NCBI GenBank assembly: GCA_964106645.2
Contig: OZ067041.1
Direction: 5' to 3' (one strand)
Source of the DNA: Podarcis pityusensis
Taxonomy: Eukaryota
Length of the DNA: 64,000 bases
Under the pieces are notes generated by a model, which ran no database searches, was not told the origin of the DNA, and saw only the letters and a list, made by a program, of their open reading frames with translations. The translations under genes and the position numbers were made by a program. Positions 1 through 14,203 of the stretch are shown in pieces; the first letter of the stretch is position 1; each line of letters opens with the position of its first letter.

Positions 1-3000
1 AGAAAACAGATCCTGCCAATAGGTTCAGTGTCAGATTGCTTCTCTGCAAAAATAAAATAAAATTGCAAAGTGCTTTCAAGAATGAGAGAGCTGACAAAAG
101 CTTCCATACTTTCCTCACTTCTTTTCGGAACCACCCACTTGAAGAAGGTAAAAATGGAACAAATTCAGAGTTTATATTATTTTCAGTATTTTCCCCAGCC
201 ATTTTCTATCTCTGCTTATTGGAAAAAATGAACACCAGACCTATTGAGGGCATGGCTTAGGTGCAGCTCTTTTGAAAGTGAATTCTGACACTGATGAGTT
301 TCATGTATGGAGGTTTCCTCTGCCTTCGCCTAAGCCTAATAGTCTGTCTTCTTTAGCCAAGATCAGAACGGTGTAAAGTAATGGAGCAGTTATGAAAACT
401 TCTGCACGAAAACTTTGATATACAGAATTCTATCCAACATTTGGCAACAATCTAGGATATTCTCACAGATACTCCCCAGCAATGCATTCATCCCAGTCAT
501 ATTTGGACACTCTTTTATTTCCCTGAACACCTTCCTGTGTCACATCTTGTGCAGTGTACCATATACAGAATTGGAGAATATTGCAGATGGGGAGAGAAGA
601 AAAGGTAGCGAAGGATGAATTAAAGATTATGCTGAAATCCTCTTCTCATCTCTCCATGAAGACAGCGTGAAATCTCTGGGTTATCTATAGAGTACCTAAA
701 ATTTTGCTAAATGAAAGGATTTATATACCAATCTCATGTGAAATCTTGGTAGCATCCTGTTACTTATTTCTCCACTGCCTGTGCTGTGGGAAGAAGAAAA
801 CAATGTTGACTGGAAACTTGAAAACCAGTATTTGAGGGTCATGGGTAAATATATTGGCTTGGATCCTGAGTTTGATTCTGTGACCAGAAGACAAAGTATA
901 CAAATGGAACAGTTTTCCCCTACCTGCACCCCCAATGGATCTTACTTGGGAGACTTGTGGGGTATATGTTGTGTGGGGCTGCAGATGGAGGAGTTACTTG
1001 GTAGAAGTCATCCCCCACCTTACATGAGTGGAAGAGCAGGAGTCCCTAAACTTTCAGGGCCCATGGGAACATTTGGAACTTGTTTGTTTGTTTGCTGTAG
1101 GGAATTTTGCTAGTCATCTAATGGCTACTGTGGTTCTTGGGAGGCATGCTAAGTCACACATTGCTGGGAGCCCTACATGGCTGGCTGTCTGTCCAGAAGT
1201 TCTCCATGCTGTGTCTGTATTTCTGGAAGGAAGGTGATCAGGCAAGGCAGCTATCTAGAAGGAGGGCGAAATAACAAAAGACCCCCCAGAAAGAAAGGTG
1301 TGGAAACAAACAGACTCAGAGAGGATTAATCCTGGTGGAGAGCAGGACAAATAATCTCAGATCACCAGAGAGGAGAAGGTAACGGAAAAGCACAGACTCC
1401 CAGAGAATCAGATGCTTACCACGAGCCGCTTGGGGCACAATTCACTGTGGTAGAGTGACGTATAAATAATCCAAGGTGACTAGTGGGCCAAAGCCACTCC
1501 CAAATCTGTGATGTCGGGAGAAGGAAGTCTTGCTTTCTTAATACAAACGTAGTCTTAAAAACAGCTGTAGTTCTTCCTACCATGAGTTTCACAAGACCTC
1601 TGCGGCCTGTAGCAGAGGTGGGTTGGTCTGAGTTTGGAGACACCCCTCCACCAAATAATCACATGGTTCAGAGGAAGGAGACTCTGCCTATAACCAAGAG
1701 GTGGCAATATTCCAAAGAGCAGATATATAGCCACCATTAATTGTAAAGAGTATTGTCGATGTACCAAAAGTTTACTTTGAACAGTGTTTTTTGAGCTGTG
1801 TTAGCTAGCGTTACTCATGTTCTAAATCTATTTGCTGTATGAAGTTCAGAGAAAACAGGTGACTCTTAAAATCCACACAAGCCACCTGAAGGCTGCTCAT
1901 TCATTATCTTAAAAAGCCCACTCTCTACACGGTTTACTCCTGCTGCAGTTCTTTCATCAAAGCCTAATGGTTTGTTTCAAATAATCAAAGTAGAGTTTAT
2001 ATCACTGTCCTCAGGTGTAACTATTTTGTTTCCAGGAGAGCATTATACCACATACCGATGTCACAAGCAATAAATCAAATGATTTCCCCCTCCCCCTCAG
2101 CCTTAGCCAATCTTGTTCACATTTCTAGAACTGCAACATTTGTGGCTTTTGGGAGGGGGGTGGAGAATGTGCACAGAAAACATTGTACGTGAAACGACAC
2201 TTCCATGCGCCCCTTTTAAATGCCAACAAATAAACCAAATTTATGTGTGCATTGCCCTGAATAAAGTGTTTGTGCTGCTGTCTGAGAGGAAGCCATTCCT
2301 TTTTTTTAAATCAATGCACTGTTTTTTTCCTTGCACCAAATCTCAAGCCTTTATTTTCACGGAGCAGCTTTTTTTGGGGGATCCATGTTCACTCCAAAAA
2401 TACAGTTTTAAATCAACCTCCTAAACAAACCAGAAGGTTTTAGGCAACATTATGCCCCAGGTTATGTTTTGGATGACTTCATATCATTGGATCCGCCAGA
2501 ATGAAAAAGCCAAGATGGAAATCCAGCCTTGCGCCATATTTTCTACTAAACTTGTACATTCTACTTGCACAACATGGTTCTCAGCAGTGTTGCACCCTAT
2601 TATGTTGGTCATTTTGGAATGGCATGGGAATGACTCTGAAGCTATTATTCCCTTCACCAAAGGAGACCTGGAATGTCACGTAGGAAATGCCTGCTATGTA
2701 CAAAGTACACTGGGAAATGAAACTCGTCTGACTATCAATCATGTCTCATTTTCAGTTAATGGAATGACACAGATATCAGCAGTAGGAGATTTTTGTCAGT
2801 CCTATTAAGCACAGGGTGAGAGTTGCCTATATTACAGCTTAAGGGGGTAACAGGGGAATAAATGACACACAGGACAAAAGGCTTTCTTTACTGCAGCGAC
2901 TGAACTAATATAAGTGTTAAGTACAATCACCATCAATACCCCGTGGCAAACAGTCAATACTCACCTTGACACGTTTTCCTTGTTCAAACCAAAGGCCCAG

Positions 3001-3581
3001 TTTTATGGATCCCTACTGACATAGGATGCAAATATAATACTACATATGCAAGTTTCAAACAGTACCATCCCATGAAAAACAGCTGGTACAACAAAGATTT
3101 CCATTTTTATTCATTTACCTTGTAGAGTTTGAAATGCAATATAAATTATGACTGAAGCAAGAAGCCAGCCACACTGTATTCCTTTGCACAATGATCCATC
3201 CGCTCCTTAAAAACCCAAACTTGGTGATTCATCCAAGTCTGACAGGGTTTATCTCAAGAAGGCAGGGTCTATTCTACCAGCATGCACTACCAGACAAAGC
3301 AGAGCAGATAAAGTTGTGAAATTAAATATGGCTTGTAAATTTGCCGTAAAGATGATTATGTCTTATTGAACTTCCTCCTACAGATTTAATGCTCTATAAA
3401 CCTGAGGTAAAAACAGAAAAAGCAAGAAAAGTGTCTTTTCAGGGGAGACAAATGCAAAAGGTTTCCTATAAGAAACTTTCCCCAGTATTTAATGGGCTGC
3501 ATTGAAGTCTAAAACATTGGTGTTTTTAAAAAATGTACAAATATCAAGTGCGCAGTTCAAATAACCCCAACAGCTGTAGAC

Positions 3582-3834
3582 CAGGGGTCAGCAAACTTTT
3601 TCAGCAGGGGGATGGTCCACTGTCCCTCAGACCTTGTTGGGGGGGGGCGGACCTTTTTGGGGGGGGGGGAACGAACGAATTCCTATGCCCCACAAATAAC
3701 CCAGAGATGCATTTTAAATAAAAGGACACATTCTACTCATGTGAAAACACGGTGATTCCTGGACCGTCTGAGGGCCGGATTGAGAAGGCGATTGGGCCGG
3801 ATCCAGCCCCCGGGCCTTAGTTTGCCTACCCATG
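3582..3834 (+). mobile_element. Non-autonomous hAT (Charlie/Buster-like) MITE, copy 1
   Basis: Imperfect TIR CAGGGGTCAGCAAACT ... AGTTTGCCTACCCATG; perfect 8-bp TSD CTGTAGAC (3574-3581 and 3835-3842); similar copy at 18103-18330. Confidence 0.9.
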
Positions 3835-4454
3835 CTGTAGACTATCAAAGCTTTCTGTATCACAAAGCTATCCTCAATACAAATTGTAAGCTAAGCTGAA
3901 TAACTTAGATTGGGTGTTCCCCATGTGCGGCGATGGGCACAAAGGCAGCCCAGAAAGTCTCCCTGGGTCTCCAAGAAGCCTCTGCATCCTCTTCTCCATT
4001 CGCTGGGGGTTGCGTGGTGTGCAGGCTTCTTTCTGACAGCCGAAGGAAGCACCACATCTTCATCCTACAGAGTAGATAGCTAGCACTGGTGGTTTTTCTC
4101 ATTGGCAGTCGCTAGTGGTAAGCTCCAAAATGGGGTGGAGGCAGGGTGCCAGAGACTGCAGGTTCCCTGAGTGGTCCAGTGCTCAGGCCCCTCAGCTGAG
4201 CAGTAACTCCCCCTCCAAGAAAAATATTTCCCCTTCCACCAGGCTGGCGTGAGTGCAACACACTGCTCTGTCCTGCTGTTCCTCAGCTGCTTTTAGGATT
4301 GCGTTATAATACTCAAAATAATCCACTTTGTATGGTTTCCCAAATCTTTTTCTGCCATGTGTTAAACCTTAGCTCTTTGCACGGGGCTTCATTTAAAGAT
4401 GAAAAAAAGACTAATGAGGAAGAGCCACCTTAAACTGACTCTTGGATATATACA

Positions 4455-4544
4455 GCACAACCCTGTGCATGTTTATCCAGAAGCAAATCGTACTGTGTCC
4501 GGTAGGATTTATTCGCTAGTAAATGTGCTTAGCGTTGCAGCCTA
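4455..4544. repeat. Short (~90 bp) degenerate palindromic interspersed repeat
   Basis: GCACAACCCTGTGCATGTTTA...TAAATGTGCTTAGCGTTGCAGC fold-back; related copies near 10530-10620, 12048-12096 and 20640-20712. Confidence 0.5.
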
Positions 4545-7113
4545 AAATAAAAGTGTGAATCCAGCCAATGTGAAACGTTAGATTCAAGTAGTAATAGTGA
4601 ACTTCTACAATAAACATTAAATTATTATTTAGAATCCATTATGTATTCTTATTCCAACATGAGGATGAATATTTTAATTCAGAAAAGAGGACTGTAAATT
4701 GACGTGTTATTCTCTATTCATAGTAATTCTGGTTTTGGAAGTTGCAGTGTAACTGAACTTCAGCGTCAGAACAAAGTAACTCAAGCTGTAGGTATGTATA
4801 CCTGCCAACCAAGAATAACAGGCCACATATCTGATCAAGTGGATTCTAGTCAACAACAACAACAACATTTTCTTAGTTTCTCAGAGCAAAATAGCGGCCA
4901 TTTACATACATTTCCCCAACTGTCCACTACATTTTCTCTTTCTTTTAGTATAGTCCCAATTTTATCCATGGATACCATAGTTAGTTGTTACTTGGTTGTT
5001 GAAGAATCAATTTCATACTCACTTCTTGAAAGCTATAAGTGTTTTATCTGGGATTGTCAAAGCTATGTAGGTGTGGCCCTGATGACTCCCTGACAGGGAG
5101 GGTCCTGGAAGCTTACGTAAGTTATTCCAGGCTTTGCAAAGGAAAAGCAGGATGCAAACGAGCCCTGCTCAAGCTTGTTGGCTACCAGCTCTGTAGGTTA
5201 GCCATCTTGGGCCTATTATTCCCTGAGAACAGCATAGTGCTGGATTTAATTGCGAAGCCTCAGGCAGTGGACAGAGTGTATGTTCATTTTCTTAGCTCCT
5301 TTGGTTTTACATGTTCAGATGTTTGAGCTGTCTCTGCCAGCTGTCATTCCACAAGCTGCTGGTTCCTTTTCCACAGACCAGCTGCTTCCCAGTGGTAGGA
5401 AAAGGAAGAAGCTACCCCCTCAACATCTTGCCATTATATAATGCACCACACAGACCACATCAGGTGTATGCTTTTAATTGAAGATACACTGGGGTGTACA
5501 GTCAAGAAACAGAAAATGGATAACAAGAACAATTAAAATACTGTTCTAATGATACTTATAACTCAGGTGGGGAGCAGAAAATGAGGCAGTTGTGAAGTAG
5601 TGAAGGTGCATAGAGCAGTGTTCCACATGGCTTGTTTTTGCTGTGAAGACAACAGTTATGTTAGAAGACCCAGACCAAAATTACCGAATTAGATTTTTGT
5701 TTTTTGGAATGCTCAGCATTGTTTTGCATAGAAAAACCCACATGATAATTTACACTTGGGCCAAATCTTTATTGGAACCAGCGAAAACGTCACAGAATTG
5801 TGGCAAGTTTCACATTCTCCAGAATTCTTGCTTGGGCAAGATGCTATGCAAAGCACGGGATAAGAACAATGAGCTCGCCAAAGGAGCTGTGGACTCAGAA
5901 AGGTTGAAAACCTCTGCCCTATGGAAAGGAGTTCCAAGAACTGAGGAAGAGTGACTATGATTTAATATTTCATAATCTCAAGGACATGGGATGAGACAGC
6001 CTCCAAATAATTTGGTTATACCAGTCGAAGTGTAGCCACCTTGAACCATCTCAGATATTACATGGCAGCAAACCCAGATTTGTCACCACCTGCTCAGTTA
6101 ATAGAGATAAGTAGCTGATCTCTCTGACAATAAACTTGTAGGATGTACATGGACTTACTTCGGTTTGTTACATGTAGTCTTTAGTATCTTGTATCCAGAG
6201 TCTATCAGGTTGGTAATGGGAATTCTGTAAACTGCATGAATTCCTTACTTATTAGTGGTCTGTGCATAACATTCATTGGGGCAAAAAGCAGGATTTCCTG
6301 TTTCCTCCCCAGGAATGGCTCACCAGATTTCTTTCATTTTTGTTAGGTAGAAATAATTTTATGAATGTTAATAGCAAGATTGTTGTAAAATTTTACATTT
6401 CTTATAGACTATTAGCTATTTCTTCAATACTAAAAACTTTTAAAAGGAAGAACTGTTTTTTATTCACCTCTAAAATGTGGTGTCTAAAAGTGACAGGTTA
6501 ATTTCAGATTCAGATTTGATTGAGCATATGCCTTTTTCATGCTTAAGAGAACTAAAATAGAGCTGTCTTTAGAAATTGGTATATTAGGAAAATGAATTCT
6601 AATCAAGGGGAAAAACCCTTTCCCCATACTTGTGTATTTCTAATCATTGTTAGATTTTTCTCCACAGAATACGGTACTTTTCTTGACAAATGTTTAGAAT
6701 TAACAGAACATTTAATTCATACACTTGGTGTAAAATATGCTGTAATATACTTTACAAAAAATAAATTCTAATAGACATGTTAGTTGTACTGTATAGCATA
6801 TCTTTAAAATAACAATTCTAAGTATGAGTGTACTGCTAATGAAAGAATCCAATAATAGTAATAGTAAACAATTACTTTGGCCTACATACCAAAATAATGT
6901 GAATTAAAAATGTGCAGGATAATCATTGTTACTGGGTCACTGTGAAAATGCACCTCATTTATACTTGGATATCTCTGAAATAGTACAATAAATTCCATGT
7001 GAAACATAATAATGTGAAACATTATTATTAGATGTTTAAATGTGTGTGTGTGGGGGGGGAACTGTGGTTAATTTGCTACATCTCCATGATATTCTGATGG
7101 TTAAGGTTACTGT

Positions 7114-7235
7114 AAGGTAAAGGGACCCCTGACCATTAGGTCCAGTCGTGGCTGACTCTGGGGTTGCGGCGCTCATCTCGTTTTATTGGCCGAAGGAGCC
7201 GGCGTACAGCTTCTGGGTCATGTGGCCAACATGAC
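7114..7235 (-). mobile_element. Sauria SINE, 5'-truncated (3' end only)
   Basis: Matches the 3' part of the full copies at 38434 and 43566, including the (ACCTTT)n tail read as AAGGTAAAGGG; flanked by ACTGTA direct repeat. Confidence 0.9.
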
Positions 7236-7898
7236 CACTGTATACATCACTTAATACGGATAAATATTAGTTTTCACCTGCGAATCTGTTTGTTAATTAC
7301 TAGAGCCTGCAAACTGCATTCAGAGCTTGGAAGGTAATTCCCAGCTTTTCATCTAACTACTGAAAGTGTAAACAAGTGTTGATTTCACATTGTTAGGAGA
7401 CTTTATCTAATGTTAACTATCACTATTAATGAAGATGGCGCTACTGATGTGGGTATCCTTACCTGTCCTTACCTATATGTCTCCTTTGTGGGGAATGCAC
7501 TTTGTTTAAGCAAGAGCTTTCATGAAACTTGCACTTTATTTATATGTCTTTGATACATGTGTACCATGGGTGCTGTTTTCCTGAAAGTTTTGCTTTAGAA
7601 GTATATCATATTTAGGCCTTTCCATGGCTAGTAACTGCATTATTTCACACATGGTGCATCTGTAACTGAGGAGGAGAGCACTGTTAATTCGGTGCATTAA
7701 AATAAAGGGGAAAATTATTTTAGACTTGGTGATAACACTGAATAATCACTTTTGGATTTTATCCTCAAGCATACATCCTGCAAGAGTGTTTGAAAGCGAC
7801 AGAAGCTGCCTTTGCCACTTGTACAGCCTCACTTTAAGGAATATTTGGACATTAGCATAAAGGTTGTACATGTTATACAAAGTATAATTAATGAAGCT

Positions 7899-8038
7899 NN
7901 NNNNNNNNNNNNNNNNNNNNNNNNNNNNNNNNNNNNNNNNNNNNNNNNNNNNNNNNNNNNNNNNNNNNNNNNNNNNNNNNNNNNNNNNNNNNNNNNNNNN
8001 NNNNNNNNNNNNNNNNNNNNNNNNNNNNNNNNNNNNNN
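7899..8038. other. Assembly gap
   Basis: Run of N. Confidence 1.
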
Positions 8039-9373
8039 TTTTGTTATTGATTGACACCTACAGACCTCCCTCCCCATGTAGTTTACATTCCTTATGAGTC
8101 TTTTCTCAGTCTTGCATTTTCACTTTTAGCTAATTAGTCTTATTTGGCACCCTGGCCTCTCACCCTTTCCCTGCAACATTCCCTGTGTTAGATAAAGGGT
8201 AAGTAAATTTTTGAAAATGGTCAGTGGGAGGTCTTAGCCTCCTTTGGAATATTTCCTGCATTCGAAAATTGTGTCTTGGTCTGTTTATGTGGGATTATAA
8301 GAACATTTACCATAGAGCTATGAACCAACAAGCCAAACTCAAGCCCATAGAAAGCTATTGATGTGTAACTCTATATTGGATTGTGGTTCTTACATTGCGT
8401 ACTGAAATATCATAGCAGAGAACACATTTTTATGATAGAATGCATGACAGAAGTTCAGATAATGCTAAATTCTTGTACAGTCATATAGCTTACAGCTATA
8501 GCTCTTTAGTTATATTTTGCATCAAGACAATGAATTTTCCAGACACATTGGGAATACAGTGTTGTGCAAGCTTCACCTTGCACCTATGCAAGGTTGGCAA
8601 GTTTTTTAAATATATACAGTAAACCGTATATAATTTTTTTTAGGTTACTCCTAAAGTTTTGTTTCATTTCAGTGTAGGGAAGACACTATGTTAAAATTCG
8701 TCTCTGGAGCCATCAAAATTTCCAGTGAGCTAAATACAGAAGCAAAAGTGTAATACATATTCAAGTCTTATCTGACTTCACACTAATGGAGGATATAAAC
8801 TGGAGTAATTCTGTAGAAGTCAAAGACATTGAGGTTTTCCACAGTGTTTGTAATATCTCATTGGTATCTAAGACTTTCTTGCTTATAATAGCAGTCTGAA
8901 GTTTAATACCTGAACAGTATTGAATAATTGAAATTGATAATTAGAACCCTAAAGTTCAGTATGTACCTTTTTGACAGCGGAGTGGAGTTGAATATAAGAA
9001 TGTTGTTTGCATGACTGTACTGAAAGCAAAACTCAAGCACTTGCAATAAACTGGGTTGTACTGATGAATGAAACCTTGCTGCTTTCCCCCCCTAGACTTA
9101 CTTATTAATAGAAAAAAAATGTTCCTGGATTTAGGCTAATCTTTAGATCTCTTGATGCTGTGGATCATTGTACTGGCAAATTGTGTAGCTTTAGACCTTT
9201 AAGTATCTATTGCCCTGACAAAGGCACACACAACTTTTGCATCAGGTGAGGCATCACATCTGAGATTTCTAGCATTAAGTGATCTTTTCTTTCCTGTAAC
9301 ATTATTTTTTGTACCTTCAAAATGGGTTTATTTGAATGTATATATATTATTAAAAGGTAGAATAAATACATTA

Positions 9374-9925
9374 CCGTATGTTCTGGCGTGCAAGATGACT
9401 TTGTATCCCTGGAATATCACCCCAAAAGTCGGGGGTCGTCTTATACGCCGGGTATACGCGTTGGGAAGGAGGAGAGGGAGCCGGTGAGCAGAGGTGCCCT
9501 TTCTGCCGTCGCTCCTCCTCCCGCCCCACAGAAGGGGACGCGAAAGTCCTTCCGAGCACGGCGCTCACCTGCCCGCCTGCTGCTGCTGTGGGAGCCGGAT
9601 CTGGCCTCTGCCGTGGCCGCATGGTGCTTTGCTTGGCTCGCGGGCACCAGGAAGAGCCTGCCACAGTGAGGTGGTGCACCCCTTCTGCTGTCGCTCCTCC
9701 CTCCCCACAGAAGGGGACGTGGAAAGTCCTTCCGAACGCGGCGTTCACCTGTCCGCCCAATGCCTCGCCTCGGGCTGCTGCTGCTGCGACGGCAGAGGCA
9801 GCGGAGGGGTGCGTGCTCTGCCCCTGGCGGCGCTCAAACTCCATAACTCTAAAACTCTAAAATTGAACAGCAATAGTTGGCGGTCGTCTTATACGCCCAG
9901 TCGCCTAATATGCTGGAATCTACGG
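9374..9925 (+). mobile_element. Tc2/pogo-like (TcMar) non-autonomous element with GC-rich internal duplication
   Basis: TA|CCGTA...TACGG|TA termini; GGTCGTCTTATACGCC near both ends; internal ~80-bp diverged direct repeat (about 9498-9577 and 9679-9757). Confidence 0.8.
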
Positions 9926-10529
9926 TAAATCATTTTCAGAGCAATCCCAACCGTCTTTGTGCTGAGTTGACCCTTCATTGTCTTCCTCCTGACTGCCATA
10001 GAGGAGCTCCCTCTTCTACCTGCTGAAGTTGTGGGGAAGGCGTGGGGCTGAGCTGGCCCAGAATCCATCGGATTCCGAGCTGGCCTGCTGCTGTAATGTG
10101 AAAGCATCAGGACCAATCTGGGTGTCCAATCTGAGCAGCAGTTCTAGGCTGGTGCACCACCTTCTGCCATGGTCCTGCATCTCTGGGAAGCCCCACTAGG
10201 CCAGGAGGTGAGTGGGGGAGAGTTAGGATTGTTTCTTAAGTTCTCACATGGTTGTTTAGGGCATCATAATGGGGTTCCCACACTTGCCACTGTGAATAGG
10301 GCCATGTGAATAACATGATTCTGAGGTATGTGCAGACTTGAGAATATCTCATATATACAATCTTGGGGCTTTTGGGGGAGGCTTTTTACATAAGGAATTT
10401 TTCATTCCTTGTATCACCTGATGTGGTAAACTTTGATATGGTCTTATTCTGAGAGTCCTATTTCTCTAGATTAACTGGCTCCAATCATAATTATTGACTG
10501 TGGAGAACCAAAAGCCTGAAGTAAACTAA

Positions 10530-10620
10530 GGCTGCAGTTGTATACACAATTACCTGGTGGATAAGTTACATTGAACCCAATGAGACTTACTTCTGAGTAG
10601 GCATATATAGGATTGCACTG
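10530..10620. repeat. Short palindromic interspersed repeat
   Basis: GGCTGCAGTTGTATACAC...CATATATAGGATTGCACTG fold-back; same family as 4455-4544 in the opposite orientation. Confidence 0.5.
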
Positions 10621-11184
10621 TAAGGGATCATTTTCTTAAGATCTTCATAACCCTTGATGTAGGAGAGGAATGTTTGGTTTGATGCTGAAGACATTTAAGA
10701 CAACTAGGTAAATATTTTGGGATTTTAATCTTTTGAATCTGGGATGTAATGGTCACAGTGTAGTTGAACACAGTGTTCTTAAATAAATGAACTTATTTAA
10801 AGTTGCAATATGCCTTTAGAATTGAAATGAACTATTATACAGGATGACAATTCACTAGTAGACTAAAGCAAAAGACTGAGGCAAGGTAAGAGGTAGAAAT
10901 ACTGGTAAGATTCTGTTTTGATTACTTCTCAGAATTCAGTTTGTAGCATCAAGAGGACAACGGGAAGTTTGGTGCTAATAACTGCCAGCTACTTAGTGCC
11001 CAGTGTGTGGTCCTGGTTGTCACCATTGTCATCATTGCTTATAGAACCTTGTGATGGGGAAAGATATTTCCCAGTGCATAAAGACTGGATAGCCAGCAAA
11101 ATATACACTTACAACATTTATAACTAAAAACCAGCACATTGCTGCAAACTTTGGGCAACGATGTTTTGGCATTAATCCTCGCAT

Positions 11185-11330
11185 GCCTTAGGCCAATCAT
11201 GGTTAGTTTCAAAAAGTGGAAAGAGGGAAATTTGCATAGAGGAAGACACGGGAGAGAGTGTGTCAGTCTGTGACGTGGTTGCAGTTTCCTATCAAGAATA
11301 TTATGTCTCCATAATAACACAATTGTAAGT
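11185..11330 (+). promoter_or_regulatory. Candidate promoter or non-coding first exon
   Basis: GGCCAATCA (11191), octamer ATTTGCAT (11230), TGACGT (11271), ETS-like CAGTTTCCT (11282), then donor GTAAGT at 11325. Confidence 0.35.
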
Positions 11331-12567
11331 ATGCAGCTTCACTTTGCATTCTTTGCCCTGCCTCTATTTAATGTTTTCCTGGTTACTTTAAATAAGGATG
11401 CTTGTCTCCGCCTTTGTAAGTATGAAATTAGGCAATTTTTTTCATAGACAAATGGAAATAATCCTTTCTCCAACACAAATTAAAATATCTAGAATTCATT
11501 TCTAATCCCAGCATTTTATTATCTTGCTTACTTTTGGAGAAAAAAACCATAGTAGCCTTACATTTTAATCAAATGTGGATTATCACAAAGTCATTTACAG
11601 ATCACTGTGAGACAGCATTAATATATTGCAGAACTGTTGGTTAGTATTCCATATCTTTCCCCACTAAATAACTTTGTAAGGGGCAATTTTGTATTCCTTA
11701 TTGTTAGCTACAAGCCATTTTGGATCTTTACTTTTATGTTTGCATTAGTCTCTAGTTCTTATACAGCTTTTAATTGTTAGATGTTAAGTTCTGCAATTGA
11801 AATTTACCCTTTCCACTGGGAGGATTGAAATTTATTATCCAAAGAGCACAAAGATTTAAGATTCAATTCCCAAAGCTGAGAAGGTCATGATACTTTAGCC
11901 ACAATTAATGAAACTTTTACTTTGAATAATGAAGGATGATTTCTACTCCATTAAAGTGGACACACTAGGAAGTTCCAAATGGCATTTAACCTATCAGCCT
12001 TTTTCTGTGCAAACAAGTGTAAGGAATTATAAACTGTTATAAGTCACACTGGAATTAATAGGATTTATTTCTAAGATAATAAGCGTAGGATTGGAATCTT
12101 TAAAAAAGCTGTTGTGCTTAGAGGTACAGTCAGTGCTTCACTGATCAGATTATTCTATGATCTATCACAATTGCTCTGTTTGGTAATTTATATATATATA
12201 CCAGAAGCATGCAGCAAAGGAATGCACTTAGTTCATATCTGCATGTGAAGTACATTTCCTCTTTCCTCTTCCCTTGCCCTTGTTACAGTGCTGCAGTACT
12301 GTCTACTACTAGAATAACCCTTCTAGGTGTAAATGTTATAGATGTAACATCTAGTGCAGCAACCCCAAGATTCAGCTTGGACCTTTATTTGGACCTTTGG
12401 GAAACAGCCTGCCTCAATCTGAGGTGCTTTGTAGGCTACCTGATTTGGCACTGGGTTCACCTGAGTTTCCTTCGTTTTCATTCTCCAGTCTACTACTGGT
12501 AAATTAAAAAAGGCTGTAACTTTCCCCTCATTTAACAGAAATGGGTGAAATTTGCTGGTATACTAAC

Positions 12568-12702
12568 TAGGGTTGCCATATTTTGAAGAGGGGAAAAGAG
12601 GACACATTTGCTGACTTCTACTTTTAACTATGGATCACTATGACGACTCTACCCATGAAAAAGTAGATGTGTCCTGGAAAAAGAGGACATCTGGCAACCC
12701 TG
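12568..12702. mobile_element. Small hAT (Blackjack-like) MITE
   Basis: TIR TAGGGTTGCCA ... TGGCAACCCTG with internal GAGGACA motifs; no TSD retained. Confidence 0.6.
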
Positions 12703-13494
12703 AAATTCCTGAGTAAATAAAGCATACCAGATTACATACCAATAAGCCCAGGGGCTTTTGTGCTGGACACCTTTAAGGCTTTTTTCTTTTTTGAAAAAGT
12801 AAATGGCTTTAACCTTTTAAAAGTTTGGGAGAAATTAGATGAAATTTGAAGGCACGGTATCCCCTTGTGGATCATGCAAGGTCTCAGAAGGATTTCTGTA
12901 GTGGGTTTCTGGCAGGGTGGACTAGGAATCACTTAATTCCCCATGTATTTTGTGAGCGGTTGATCTGAACTGCAGACCTCAGGGAGGTGTTCTTGGGAAA
13001 GTAAGGTGCACAATATCAGTCAAATAGGTCCAGGGGCTCTTGTGCTAGATACTTTGGATGTTGAGGTGGGAAGAAGTAAAAGGGATTGGTTTTTCGAATA
13101 AATTTCTCTCTGATTACAAGCTAGACTTTTCAGGAAGTGTAGCCTGTCCTGGGGGCAAAATAGGTTGCATTGTGGCAATGATGAATTCTGGTGAGATCTC
13201 ATGCACTCTACAGGTTCTGGCGGTGGGATGAGTGGGGTGCCGGCAGGTGCGCTGCTTTTGGCCTGCACCTCTCAATGTGGCTGCTTCACCTTGCTTCATG
13301 GGCAGGGCAGCCCTGCCTACCAGTCACAGTGGAGCTCTCCCTTCTCTTACTCCTCTCCCCATCGTGGCCTCTTCCTTAAACTTAGGGACATATATTTTGT
13401 TGCTCCTACCCCAAAAAGCACTGGAATTAGAGAATGTTGATAAAATTGTTGCCTCCCTCCCGCTCCTCTTCTGATCCTGGTACATAGTTCTAAG

Positions 13495-13640
13495 CAGTGC
13501 TTTCCCCCCTAAAATAATGTTTAGGGGTACTTCCATTTTCCTACTCGTATTGTAATACTGCCCCTCAATGAGGCCAGACTTAGATTCACAAAATGTTTAG
13601 GGGTATGTGTCCCCCTGCGTCCCCCCAGAAAAAAGCACTG
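13495..13640. mobile_element. Small hAT-type MITE
   Basis: TIR CAGTGCTTT ... AAAGCACTG; 8-bp TSD GTTCTAAG/GTTATAAG (1 mismatch). Confidence 0.8.
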
Positions 13641-14203
13641 GTTATAAGCCCAATGTAGTAGTTTTGTCCTACTCTGTCCCATCCCCCTCGCACATGACAT
13701 CTTGGATCAATTCTCATATGAAATTATAATAAAGAAATTACAAGAGTCTTCAGACTGTAAGATTATATTCATTTCTATTTATAATGCTTTACAACTCTAT
13801 AAAATACCCCCCTCCTCTTACAATACAGTGGCAGGTTGAGTTCTGTTGAGTTCTAGATTCCTTGCTAAGATAATATTAAAACCAGGGTCACATGTACCCT
13901 GTTAGCTCCTACACTATACCTACTCATATAATTTATTTCTGTCTTTTGTAACGTTTGGATATTTTCACATGCCAGGCTTAAATAAACTGATGCTTGACTC
14001 TGGGAGTATTGTAGACATTGCAATTAAACTGCTGAGAATGTGCAACTGATTTCTCTTCCGAAGTCTGTTTTGCATTAACAGAATTCACCCATGGGAGAAA
14101 AAGCAGAAGACAGGCTCTTTAGTGCTCCTTTTGAAAATAATATTTGATATTGAAGTTTATGTACAACAACGAAACTAACTTGAACAAGAGGATTTCCGCA
14201 ACT

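Noticed and set aside
2452-2808. 118-aa ORF (likewise 781-1113, 4704-5093, 37307-37636, 60346-60768)
   Set aside because: No recognisable domain, codon bias or splice support; lengths are compatible with chance in 64 kb.
5070-5110. Second hammerhead (CTGATGA plus CTCCCTG/CAGGGAG stem)
   Set aside because: No GAAA follows stem II, so the core is incomplete.
9371-9928. Multiple overlapping ORFs up to 157 aa
   Set aside because: Stop-poor GC-rich interior of a MITE with no recognisable protein motif.
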